This document shows, in pieces, positions 45,874-53,788 of a stretch of DNA of 53,788 nt. Source of the stretch: Minisyncoccota bacterium (GTDB lineage Bacteria > Patescibacteriota > Minisyncoccia > Phycocordibacterales > XYD1-FULL-46-19); the NCBI GenBank assembly GCA_041663165.1, contig JBAZRF010000006.1, positions 1 to 53,788 of the forward strand, given 5' to 3'. A program made the position numbers and the translations under genes. The stretch's first letter is position 1, and the number at the start of each line of letters is the position of its first letter. The notes beneath the pieces are model-generated. The model was not told the origin of the DNA. It worked only from the letters and a program-made list of their open reading frames with translations, and did no database searches.

Positions 45874-46494
45874 ATGAGTAAATTTGCAAAGTTAATTAGC
45901 TTGATTGCGCTTGCTCTTTTGGTTATGGTAGCGGGTACTTCAGCGGTTTCGGCGGCTGGTCTCGCTGCAACCATCACTTCGCCAACTGCCGGGGCGACCT
46001 ACACTGTTGGTCAAACCGTCAATTTGTCAGCGACCAGTGCTGGTGCTGTCGGAGCAGTTAATTATATTTGGTCGTTCAGCGACGGCACTGCCAGTCGCAC
46101 TGGCCAAACTCAGACCGTTGCTTTTACTGCTGCTGGATCAAAGACTATTACCTTAATGGCCGGAGATGCCTCTGGTGCCAATAGCATTAAAACGGTTAAT
46201 GTCACAGTTAACGCCGGTTCTTCACAAAAGCCGGTCATTAGTAATATTGCTACCAGCAATATTACGCAGACCAGCGTGACAATTACCTGGACAACCGATA
46301 TCGTTTCGTCTAGTCGTGTGATCTATGACTCGACCAGCCACCCGGATATTTCCGGACAAGTGGCCCCGAACTTTGGTTATGTCGCCTCCACTCCGGAGAC
46401 CGACACGGTAACTAAGGTTACTAGTCATACTGTTACAATCTCTGGTTTGAGCCCGGGAACTAAATATTATTTCCGCGTTCTTTCTCAAGGCTAA
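45874..46494 (+). CDS. Secreted PKD plus fibronectin type III domain protein (206 aa)
   Basis: Signal peptide MSKFAKLISLIALALLVMVAGTSAVSA. PKD-like NYIWSFSDGTASRTGQTQTVAF...VNVTV. FN3-like ITQTSVTITWTTD...HTVTISGLSPGTKYYFRV. Codon usage is host-like. Confidence 0.85.
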   Translation: MSKFAKLISLIALALLVMVAGTSAVSAAGLAATITSPTAGATYTVGQTVNLSATSAGAVGAVNYIWSFSDGTASRTGQTQTVAFTAAGSKTITLMAGDASGANSIKTVNVTVNAGSSQKPVISNIATSNITQTSVTITWTTDIVSSSRVIYDSTSHPDISGQVAPNFGYVASTPETDTVTKVTSHTVTISGLSPGTKYYFRVLSQG

Positions 46495-46504
46495 ACTTAA
46501 ATTT

Positions 46505-46546
46505 AAACAAAACACCGTTCGCCATGGCGAACGGTGTTTTGTTTTG
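46505..46546 (+). terminator. Rho-independent terminator
   Basis: AAACAAAACACCGTTCGCC pairs with GGCGAACGGTGTTTTGTTT (a 19-bp stem), ending in a T run. Confidence 0.85.
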
Positions 46547-46568
46547 CTATGATTTACCCTATTGAGTA

Positions 46569-46586
46569 ATGGTGATTTATCACCAT
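46569..46586. promoter_or_regulatory. Perfect 18-bp palindrome upstream of murB (candidate operator)
   Basis: ATGGTGATTTATCACCAT lies 30 nt upstream of the murB start. It is nested in a wider inverted repeat, TTGAGTAA...TTACTCAA. Confidence 0.35.
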
Positions 46587-46615
46587 AAAATTATTAATAA
46601 TTTTTACTCAACAGG

Positions 46616-47506
46616 GTGAAAAAAATGAAACTCGAAACCAATTTTTTACTTTCTAAAATCACCACTTTTGAACTCGGCGGCCCAGCCCGGTTTTATTTAA
46701 AAGTAAGTTCGCCCGAAGAGGCGGTGGCCGCTGTTTTAATTGCTCAGGACAAAAAAATCAAACACTATTTGGTCGGCGGGGGAAGCAATTTAGTCTTTGC
46801 CGACAAGGGTTTCTTGGGCTTGGTGATTCATTGGTTATTGGCTAAACCGAAACTAGCTGATCTCAAAATCGTTAACTCAGAGATTGTTGCCTCGGCTGGA
46901 GTTAGACTGGCTGATTTAATTAAATTTGCGAACAAAAATGGTCTGGCCGGTTTAGAAAAATTGGCCGGCGTACCAGGCGTTGTCGGTGGCGCGGTGGTGG
47001 GTAATGCCGAGGCTTATGGTCAAAGTATTAGCGATTATCTCACCTGGGTTGAAATTTTCGACGGCGAGAAAATTCGTCGGATTGCCCAAAGAGATTGTCA
47101 ATTTAAGTATCGTGAGAGTATTTTTAAACATCAAAATTGGCTACTGTTGCGGGTCGGTTTTAAACTCAAAAAGGGAAAAGCCGCTCTCCTGATTGAAGAG
47201 AGTAAAAAAATTACTAAGATTCGTTGGGCCAAGTTTGGCCAGCACCCAATTTGCGCCGGCAGCTTTTTTAAAAACGTAATGGCTGATGGCAAAGTAATTT
47301 CAACGGCCAGTCTAATTGAGCAAGCAGGGATTGCTGATTTGAAACGTGGTGGCGTAAGGGTTGCTCCGTGGCACCATAATTTTTTAATCAATGACGGTAC
47401 CGGCACGACCAGTGATTTGTTGAGCCTTGCCAAGGAAATAAAAAAAATAGTCCACAAGAAATTAGGAATTAAGCTAGAAGAAGAGGTGCGCTTTGTGCTA
47501 AAATAG
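46616..47506 (+). CDS. murB: UDP-N-acetylenolpyruvoylglucosamine reductase
   Basis: FAD-binding TTFELGGPARFY and VGGGSNLVF, with a MurB C-terminal domain. The start is GTG 46616 or ATG 46625. Confidence 0.88.
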   Translation: MKKMKLETNFLLSKITTFELGGPARFYLKVSSPEEAVAAVLIAQDKKIKHYLVGGGSNLVFADKGFLGLVIHWLLAKPKLADLKIVNSEIVASAGVRLADLIKFANKNGLAGLEKLAGVPGVVGGAVVGNAEAYGQSISDYLTWVEIFDGEKIRRIAQRDCQFKYRESIFKHQNWLLLRVGFKLKKGKAALLIEESKKITKIRWAKFGQHPICAGSFFKNVMADGKVISTASLIEQAGIADLKRGGVRVAPWHHNFLINDGTGTTSDLLSLAKEIKKIVHKKLGIKLEEEVRFVLK

Positions 47507-47564
47507 ATAATGAATATTAAGAGTCTGATCTAAATTATTAATTTAATCCAAAATTTCTAACAGG

Positions 47565-48545
47565 ATGAAAAAACATATTTGGTTCTTTGTTGGCTTGATT
47601 GTTGTTGTTATCGCCATTGCTTTGTTGGTGACTTTTGTTCAAGTTGGTTTGCCTTGGTCGACGAGTCGAGGCGTATCTAATGGTTTTGGCGTTAATAGTG
47701 GTTCAGCCAGAAGTTCGGTTTCTAGCTTAAAAATGGCGGCATCCGACAGCGCCATCTCGGCGCCCATGTCTATTTCTTCGCCAACGCCGGCCGGCGGAGC
47801 CCCAACCGCCAGCATCCCGCGCAAAATTACCAAGACCGGCCAATTGAGTCTTTTGGTTGATAAGGCCGAAACTGCTGTGCAAAATATTCAGGCCATCGCC
47901 GAAAGCGCCACCGGTTATGTTAGCGACTCCAATCTTTATGAGGTAACCCCGGGCGTTAAGGCTGGTTCAATTACCATTCGCGTGCCAGCCGACAAGTTTG
48001 ACGAGACGATGGGAAAGATTAAGGAGTTGGCGTTTAAAGTTGAGAATGAGAGCTCTAATGCCAATGACGTTACCGATCAGTTCATTGACCTTGAGGCTCG
48101 TTTGAAAAATCTTAAAGCCGAAGAAACCCAATATCTTGATATATTAAAGAAAGCGCAAAAAATTGATGATATCATTAACGTCACCAACCACATCAATGAT
48201 GTTCGTAGTCAGATTGACAGTTGGCAGGGCCAGCTTAAATATCTTAATAGCCAGGTGGATCTTTCAACAATCACGGTTAACTTAACGGCCGAAAAAGAAG
48301 CGCAAATTTTCGGTATCAATTGGCGGCCGTTAACTATTATTAATCAAGCTCTTCATTCGCTCCTTACCGGTTTGGTCGGTTATGCCAATGTCATAATCTC
48401 GGTCATCATTTTCTTGCCAGTCATTGCCCTTTGGGTTGTCACCATTCTTCTTGTTCTCTGGATTCTCTGGCGAATTGTTAAACGACTAAGGAGGAGTTCG
48501 AGTGTTGGTGAAGTTAAAAAGAAAACGAAAAAACCAACCGCTTAA
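47565..48545 (+). CDS. DUF4349-like membrane protein
   Basis: N-terminal TM helix, a central coiled coil (DQFIDLEARLKNLKAEETQYLDILKKA) and a C-terminal TM helix. This layout matches DUF4349 as I remember it. Confidence 0.65.
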   Translation: MKKHIWFFVGLIVVVIAIALLVTFVQVGLPWSTSRGVSNGFGVNSGSARSSVSSLKMAASDSAISAPMSISSPTPAGGAPTASIPRKITKTGQLSLLVDKAETAVQNIQAIAESATGYVSDSNLYEVTPGVKAGSITIRVPADKFDETMGKIKELAFKVENESSNANDVTDQFIDLEARLKNLKAEETQYLDILKKAQKIDDIINVTNHINDVRSQIDSWQGQLKYLNSQVDLSTITVNLTAEKEAQIFGINWRPLTIINQALHSLLTGLVGYANVIISVIIFLPVIALWVVTILLVLWILWRIVKRLRRSSSVGEVKKKTKKPTA

Positions 48546-48590
48546 ACCCACCCGCTTTTCTTCGTTCTCTCGTTGTGTATAATTAAGTCT

Positions 48591-50021
48591 ATGTCCTATA
48601 AGCCAACCATTGGTTTGGAAATTCACGTGGAGCTGAAAACAGCGACCAAGATGTTTTGCCGGTGCCAGAATAATCCGGACGAGACAAAGCCCAATGTTAA
48701 TATTTGCCCGGTGTGTACCGCTCAGCCTGGGGCACTGCCGGTGATTAATAAAGAAGCGGTAAGGCATGTTCTGCGGGTAGGCTCGGCGGTAGGTGGCACG
48801 ATTGCCGATTTTACTGAATTTGACCGCAAAAATTATTTTTATCCCGATATCCCCAAAGGTTATCAGATTAGCCAGTACAAATACCCGCTAATTTCTGGCG
48901 GTCAGTTAAATGGCGTTGAATTAACCAGAATTCATTTAGAAGAGGATACAGCTAAGTCAACTCACAGCAACAAAGCCGACGAAAGTTTAATCGATTTTAA
49001 CCGTGGCGGATTGCCCTTGATGGAATTGGTGACCGAGCCGGTAATTCATGATGGTAAGACCGCCTCGGCTTTTGCCAAAGAATTGCAGACGCTAATGCGT
49101 TATCTTGGCGCTTCGGAGGCCAATATGGAGAAAGGCCAAATGCGCTTGGAGGCTAATATCTCTGTTTCGAATACTGAGGAGTTGGGCACCAAAGTCGAAG
49201 TCAAAAACTTAAACTCTTTCAAGTCAGTAGAGAAGGCGATTGATTTTGAAATTGACCGGCAAATCAAGCAGCTAGAGAAAGGGGAGCAAGTGGTGCAGGA
49301 GACGCGTGGTTGGGATGAGAATAAGCAAATAACTTTTAGCCAGCGCCTAAAGGAGTCATCACACGACTATCGCTATTTCCCCGATCCGGATTTACCAAAA
49401 TTATTTTTGAGTGAGATTGCTGAGTTTCGACCCGAAGCGATAAAAAAATCTTTACCGCAATTGCCGTGGGAAAGGCGCGAGCATTTTGCCAAGACTTTTG
49501 GTTTGAAGTCGGAGGACGTCGAAGTTTTTGTGCAAGATCATCAATTGGCCGAATTCTTTAGGACGGTAACGGAAGAATTTGATTTGACCTTAGAAACGGC
49601 CGAGGCCTATCTTAGGGCGGCAGCCAATTATATTACCTCAGATCTTTTGGGTTTGGCCGCCACGACCGGCGAACTGCGTTTACCTAAAGAAAAAGATTAT
49701 GCCGAGCTAATTAAAATGGTGGTGGCGAGTGAGGTCTCCTCACGTGGCGCTAAAGATATTTTGGCGGTGATGATCAAAGACGGCGGCGAACCGCGAGTGA
49801 TTGCTAAAGAGAAAAATTTATTTCAGGTTCATGACGAAGGCGCAATCAGTGAGATTGTCGATAAGGTAATCGCTGCCAACCCAAGCGTTTTTGCCGAATT
49901 TAAGGGCGGCAAAGAAAAATCCCTCCAATTTCTGATCGGCCAAGCGATGAAAGAGAGTAAGGGTTCAGCTAATCCGGAACTGCTCAAAAAGCTATTTGTT
50001 GAAAAGATCCAAAAGAGTTAA
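48591..50021 (+). CDS. gatB: Asp/Glu-tRNA amidotransferase subunit B
   Basis: Contains PTIGLEIHVELKTATKMFC and FDRKNYFYPDIPKGYQISQ. ATG 48591 was chosen; the tracked ORF opens at TTG 48573, ahead of the TATAAT box. Confidence 0.92.
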   Translation: MSYKPTIGLEIHVELKTATKMFCRCQNNPDETKPNVNICPVCTAQPGALPVINKEAVRHVLRVGSAVGGTIADFTEFDRKNYFYPDIPKGYQISQYKYPLISGGQLNGVELTRIHLEEDTAKSTHSNKADESLIDFNRGGLPLMELVTEPVIHDGKTASAFAKELQTLMRYLGASEANMEKGQMRLEANISVSNTEELGTKVEVKNLNSFKSVEKAIDFEIDRQIKQLEKGEQVVQETRGWDENKQITFSQRLKESSHDYRYFPDPDLPKLFLSEIAEFRPEAIKKSLPQLPWERREHFAKTFGLKSEDVEVFVQDHQLAEFFRTVTEEFDLTLETAEAYLRAAANYITSDLLGLAATTGELRLPKEKDYAELIKMVVASEVSSRGAKDILAVMIKDGGEPRVIAKEKNLFQVHDEGAISEIVDKVIAANPSVFAEFKGGKEKSLQFLIGQAMKESKGSANPELLKKLFVEKIQKS

Positions 50022-50058
50022 ACTTAACTCATTAACATTTTAATTTTTTAACAAACTC

Positions 50059-51078
50059 ATGAAAAAAGTACGAGTGGGGATTAATGGTCTCGGACGCATC
50101 GGCCGGGCCTTTCTCAAGTTAGCAATTAAAAATCCGGATATTCAAATTGTCGGCGCCAACGACCTTGGTGATCTAGATAATATTGCCTATCTTTTGAAAT
50201 ATGATAGTGCTTATGGTAAATTTGCCGGCGATATTAAAACGGGGGACGGTAAATTAATTGTCGATGGTCAAGAAATTAAATTTACTCAAGAAAAAGATCC
50301 GGCCCAATTGCCTTGGGGAGCGCTTCAAGTTGATGTCGTTGTCGAGTCAACGGGTGTTTTCGAAACCTATGCTAAGGCCAAGGCTCACCTAGATGCGGGC
50401 GCGCGCAAGGTGGTTATTTCGGCGCCGGTTAAAGATGCGCCGCTTGCCGGTGTGCCGGGCGGGACTTTTCTTATCAACATTAATGATGAAGCTTTGGGCG
50501 ATCAGGTGATCACCTCAAATGGCTCGTGCACGACCAATTGCGCCGCGCCGGTTATTAAAATTATGGACGAGGCAATTGGCGTGGAGAAAGCTTTACTAAA
50601 TACGATCCATGGTTATACCGCTACCCAAAAACTAGTCGATGTGGCCGATGCTAAAGATTGGCGTCGTGGTCGGGCGGGCGCGATCAACCTCATTCCTTCA
50701 ACCACTGGCGCGGCCGTGGCGGTTGGTCAGGTCATTCCGCAGGTCCAGGGCAAGTTCGATGGCATTGCCGTGCGCGTGCCGGTCATTACCGGTTCAATGA
50801 TTGACGTAACCTTTATCGCTAAGCGTCCAACTTCGGTTGAGGAAGTAAATGTCATTCTTGAAAAAGCCGCTTCGCTCCCGCAATGGCAAAAAACTTTCAG
50901 CGTGACCAAAGAGGCCTTAGTCTCCTCCGATATTCTTGGTAGCCCCTTTGCTTCAATTGCCGACTTGTCTTATACCAAAGTCGTCGGTGGTAATCTGGTT
51001 AAAGTCATGGCTTGGTATGACAACGAAGCCGGCTATACCAATACTCTTGTAGAACACGTGATAAAGTTGGGGCAATAA
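50059..51078 (+). CDS. gap: Type I glyceraldehyde-3-phosphate dehydrogenase
   Basis: Contains INGLGRIGR, the active site SNGSCTTNCAAP and WYDNEAGY. Confidence 0.93.
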   Translation: MKKVRVGINGLGRIGRAFLKLAIKNPDIQIVGANDLGDLDNIAYLLKYDSAYGKFAGDIKTGDGKLIVDGQEIKFTQEKDPAQLPWGALQVDVVVESTGVFETYAKAKAHLDAGARKVVISAPVKDAPLAGVPGGTFLININDEALGDQVITSNGSCTTNCAAPVIKIMDEAIGVEKALLNTIHGYTATQKLVDVADAKDWRRGRAGAINLIPSTTGAAVAVGQVIPQVQGKFDGIAVRVPVITGSMIDVTFIAKRPTSVEEVNVILEKAASLPQWQKTFSVTKEALVSSDILGSPFASIADLSYTKVVGGNLVKVMAWYDNEAGYTNTLVEHVIKLGQ

Positions 51079-51084
51079 TTAAAA

Positions 51085-51639
51085 ATGCTTATTATTCTCT
51101 CTGTTCTTTACACCATCCTTTTCGTCATTGTTTTGTTCGGGATGATCATGCAGGGGGTGACAGTTATCAGTCTTATTTTTACTCGGGGCGTACCTTTTGT
51201 TTCTACTCCGTCCAAGAGGGTGGCTATTATCTTGGCGGCGGCTAAAATAAAACCTGGACAAATTTTTCTTGATCTTGGTTGTGGCAAGGGCGAATTTTTA
51301 ATTGAAGCAAGTCGAGACTATGGCGCGACGGCTATCGGTTACGAAGTCTCTCTCTGGCCATATCTCTGGGCTAAGGCTAGAATTATGATTTCCCGATCAA
51401 CCGCTACGATCAAATTTGCCAGCTTTTTAAAAGCCGATTTAAGTCAGGCCGATGTTATTTATTGTTATCTCTTGCGCGGGATGATGGCAAAATTGGAAAA
51501 AAAATTTGTTGCGGAGTTAAAGCCGGGCAGCCGGGTCTTCACCTACGCTTTTCCCTTGCCCAATCGACAGCCTAATGAGATCGTCAAGATTAAAGATGAA
51601 CGAAAAGTAGAAGGAAACCTGTATATTTATTTTTACTAA
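51085..51639 (+). CDS. Small class I SAM-dependent methyltransferase with an N-terminal TM helix
   Basis: SAM motif I is FLDLGCGKGEFL. The N-terminus is hydrophobic (MLIILSVLYTILFVIVLFGMI). Confidence 0.65.
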   Translation: MLIILSVLYTILFVIVLFGMIMQGVTVISLIFTRGVPFVSTPSKRVAIILAAAKIKPGQIFLDLGCGKGEFLIEASRDYGATAIGYEVSLWPYLWAKARIMISRSTATIKFASFLKADLSQADVIYCYLLRGMMAKLEKKFVAELKPGSRVFTYAFPLPNRQPNEIVKIKDERKVEGNLYIYFY

Positions 51640-51659
51640 ATTTGCTATAATAGCTGAAT

Positions 51660-52121
51660 ATGACGATCTATTTAGGCGCCGATCATGCGGGGTTTGAGTT
51701 GAAGGAAAAAATCAAAGCCTACCTCAAAGAAAAAGGGTTCTCCGTCCAAGACCAGGGCGCCTTTGCCGTTGATCCTGAAGACGATTACCCTGATTATGTG
51801 AAAATTGTCGCTAAGATGGTGCAGGGCGATCCCGAAAGCAAAGGGATTATTTTGGGTGGTTCGGGCCAGGGTGAGGCAATCTGTGCTAATCGGTTCAAAG
51901 GAGTACGAGCGGCGCTTTTTTATGGCGGGTCATTCGACATTATCAAACTCTCACGCGAACATAATAATACCAATGTTTTGTCGCTTGGCGCTCGCTTTCT
52001 AAATTTTGACCAAGCTAAAGAGGTGATTGATTTGTGGCTAGCCACACCATTCTCACAAGACAAACGCCATGCTCGCCGAATTTACGAAATTGACGACGGC
52101 TCAATGGGTAAAGTCATTTAA
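51660..52121 (+). CDS. rpiB: Ribose-5-phosphate isomerase B
   Basis: Contains IYLGADHAGFELKEKI, GILGGSGQGEAICANR and NTNVLSLGARF. Confidence 0.9.
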   Translation: MTIYLGADHAGFELKEKIKAYLKEKGFSVQDQGAFAVDPEDDYPDYVKIVAKMVQGDPESKGIILGGSGQGEAICANRFKGVRAALFYGGSFDIIKLSREHNNTNVLSLGARFLNFDQAKEVIDLWLATPFSQDKRHARRIYEIDDGSMGKVI

Positions 52122-52123
52122 CT

Positions 52124-52762
52124 ATGGAAATTATTCCTTCAATTATTGCTCAAGATGCCGAAGAAGTGCGGACTAAAATCGCTCGCCTTGAGGGTTTGGT
52201 TAATTGGATAGAGCTTGATGTGGCCGATGGTGTGTTTGTCCCGAGTTTTACCTGGCCAATGCTCTTGGGCCAAGCGCCGGAGGATCTTAAAGAGATTGAT
52301 GGCAAGACAAAAATTAGCGCCCACTTAATGGTTGAACATCCCGAAACTTTGATTGATGATTGGCAAGATTTTGTTGATCGAATCATTGTGCATTATGAGT
52401 CAACCGACGAACTCGCCAAAATCATCAAGACGGCCGGTCCGCATATCGGCCTGGGGATTGCTCTGGAATTGGCCACTCCGATCGAGAAAATTTACCCTTA
52501 TTTAGATAAAATAAAATTAGTTCAATTGATGAGCATCGAGCGCGTTGGCTACTCAGGCGAAAAATTTGACGAACGCGTGATTGAGAAAATCAAAATGCTT
52601 AAAACTAATTGGCCGGACGTTAAAATAATTATTGATGGGGGGATTGACCTTGAAATTGGCCGACGGCTCAAAGAAACCGGGGCCGATGTTTTATCGGTTA
52701 ACTCAAAAATTTGGGGCTCGCCCAATATTGAAGAAGCGATAAAAAGTTTTCAAAATTTGTGA
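52124..52762 (+). CDS. rpe: Ribulose-phosphate 3-epimerase family protein
   Basis: TIM-barrel pattern: IIPSIIA, LDVADGVFVP, AHLMV, IIDGGI. Lies among pentose-phosphate genes. Confidence 0.75.
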   Translation: MEIIPSIIAQDAEEVRTKIARLEGLVNWIELDVADGVFVPSFTWPMLLGQAPEDLKEIDGKTKISAHLMVEHPETLIDDWQDFVDRIIVHYESTDELAKIIKTAGPHIGLGIALELATPIEKIYPYLDKIKLVQLMSIERVGYSGEKFDERVIEKIKMLKTNWPDVKIIIDGGIDLEIGRRLKETGADVLSVNSKIWGSPNIEEAIKSFQNL

Positions 52763-53592
52763 TTCTAACTGACGACAAACTCAAATACCTCGAAGACAAA
52801 GCGAAAAATATTCGTCGGGCGATTATTGAGATGCTAGTGGAAGCACAGTCAGGTCACACCGCCGGGGCGCTGGGCATGGCGGATATTTTTACCGTGCTTT
52901 ATTTTGGCATTTTGAATCAGGATGTTAACAAGCCTGATTGGCTCGAAAGGGACAGAGTGATTTTATCAAATGGCCATATTTGCCCGGTCCTCTATGCGAC
53001 TTTAGCTGAAGCGGGCTATCTCGAAAAAAAGGAACTCTCAACTTTACGCAAATATGGCTCGCGCCTGCAAGGTCATCCGCATCGCGAATTTTTCCCATTG
53101 GCCGAGACAAGTTCTGGCCCGCTCGGTGAGGGTTTGGCGCAGGCGGTGGGGATGGCGCTCGCTGACCGACTTGATGCTGGCAAAACCTCACAAAAATTTT
53201 TCTATTGTTTGATGAGCGACGGCGAGTTGCAAGAGGGCTCAACGTGGGAGGCGATCATGTTGGCGGGCAAAGAAAAACCCCATAACTTAATCGCCATTGT
53301 TGATCGCAATAATATCCAAATCGACGGCCATACCGAAGACGTGATGCCCTTAGAACCCTTGGCCGACAAATGGCGCGCTTTTGGCTGGCAGGTTACCGAA
53401 ATTGACGGGCACAGCTTTCAAGAAATTTTCGATGCTGTCGGCATGGCCAAATCGGTTTTTAATCGCCCGTCGGTTATCATCGCTCACACCACCCCCGGCA
53501 AAGGCGTGCCCGAATTCGAAAATAAGTTTGAGTGGCATGGCAAACCACCGACGAAAGAAGAGGGGAGACAGGCTCTTGACGAAATAAAGTAA
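52759..53592 (+). CDS. Transketolase, N-terminal (thiamine diphosphate-binding) subunit
   Basis: GTG start overlapping the rpe stop (GTGA). Contains SGHTAGALGMADIF, LSNGHICPVLYA, GHPH, SSGPLGEGLAQAVG and SDGELQEGSTWEA. Confidence 0.9.
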   Translation: MILTDDKLKYLEDKAKNIRRAIIEMLVEAQSGHTAGALGMADIFTVLYFGILNQDVNKPDWLERDRVILSNGHICPVLYATLAEAGYLEKKELSTLRKYGSRLQGHPHREFFPLAETSSGPLGEGLAQAVGMALADRLDAGKTSQKFFYCLMSDGELQEGSTWEAIMLAGKEKPHNLIAIVDRNNIQIDGHTEDVMPLEPLADKWRAFGWQVTEIDGHSFQEIFDAVGMAKSVFNRPSVIIAHTTPGKGVPEFENKFEWHGKPPTKEEGRQALDEIK

Positions 53593-53682
53593 AAGAGGTA
53601 TACTAAAAGTAGAAGTTAAAGGCCTGTCTGCCTTTGAAAACAGTGTTTGTAATCTCACGGGAGGGTATATACGTTGTCCACC

Positions 53683-53788
53683 ATGGAAAAACTTGATTGG
53701 GTTTGGTGTCTGCTTGTCCTGACGGGTTACGGCCTAACCTACGTTAGCGCGTGCAAGAGGGGAAGTGCGAAGTATCTTATGTATCTGA
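53683..53788 (+). CDS. Possible 5' end of a lipoprotein gene (runs off the window)
   Basis: ATG 53683 opens MEKLDWVWCLLVLTGYGLTYVSAC, a lipobox-like signal, and stays open to the window end. Only 35 codons are visible. Confidence 0.3.
   Translation, partial: MEKLDWVWCLLVLTGYGLTYVSACKRGSAKYLMYL

Overview
AT-rich, very gene-dense fragment that reads like a Candidate Phyla Radiation (Patescibacteria) genome. This call rests on divergent 16S primer sites, unlinked rRNA genes, a split transketolase, minimal central metabolism and many tightly coupled or overlapping genes. Order on the + strand: 3' end of 23S plus 5S; SEDS (RodA/FtsW) gene; a small envelope-glycan set (GT4, priming phosphoglycosyl transferase, epimerase, FolD, PAP2); SecDF; a stand-alone 16S rRNA; a G+C-rich PASTA-lipoprotein cassette; tRNA-Ile followed directly by murD-murC; a COG1306-like hydrolase; an orphan VirD4/TraD-like ATPase; an ~18 kb glycan locus (7 glycosyltransferases, 3 FkbM and 3 class I methyltransferase modules, AsnB-like amidotransferase, acetyltransferase, Wzx, WaaL/Wzy-like-TPR protein); secA; a HAD hydrolase; three monocistronic surface-protein genes; then murB, DUF4349, gatB, gap, rpiB, rpe and the transketolase N-terminal subunit. 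No CRISPR array, transposase, integrase or reverse transcriptase was seen. Most notable observations: (1) the 16S 3' tail has no CCUCC anti-Shine-Dalgarno, and many operon-first genes have a TATAAT-like box 6-10 nt before the start codon, which suggests leaderless, SD-independent initiation. (2) Two, possibly three, compositionally foreign G+C-rich cassettes encode PASTA-domain lipoproteins and do carry SD sites. One sits between 16S and tRNA-Ile. (3) One surface protein is built from about 20 copies of an 18-aa repeat I cannot assign to any named family. All calls come from reading the sequence and the ORF translations. No database search was run.
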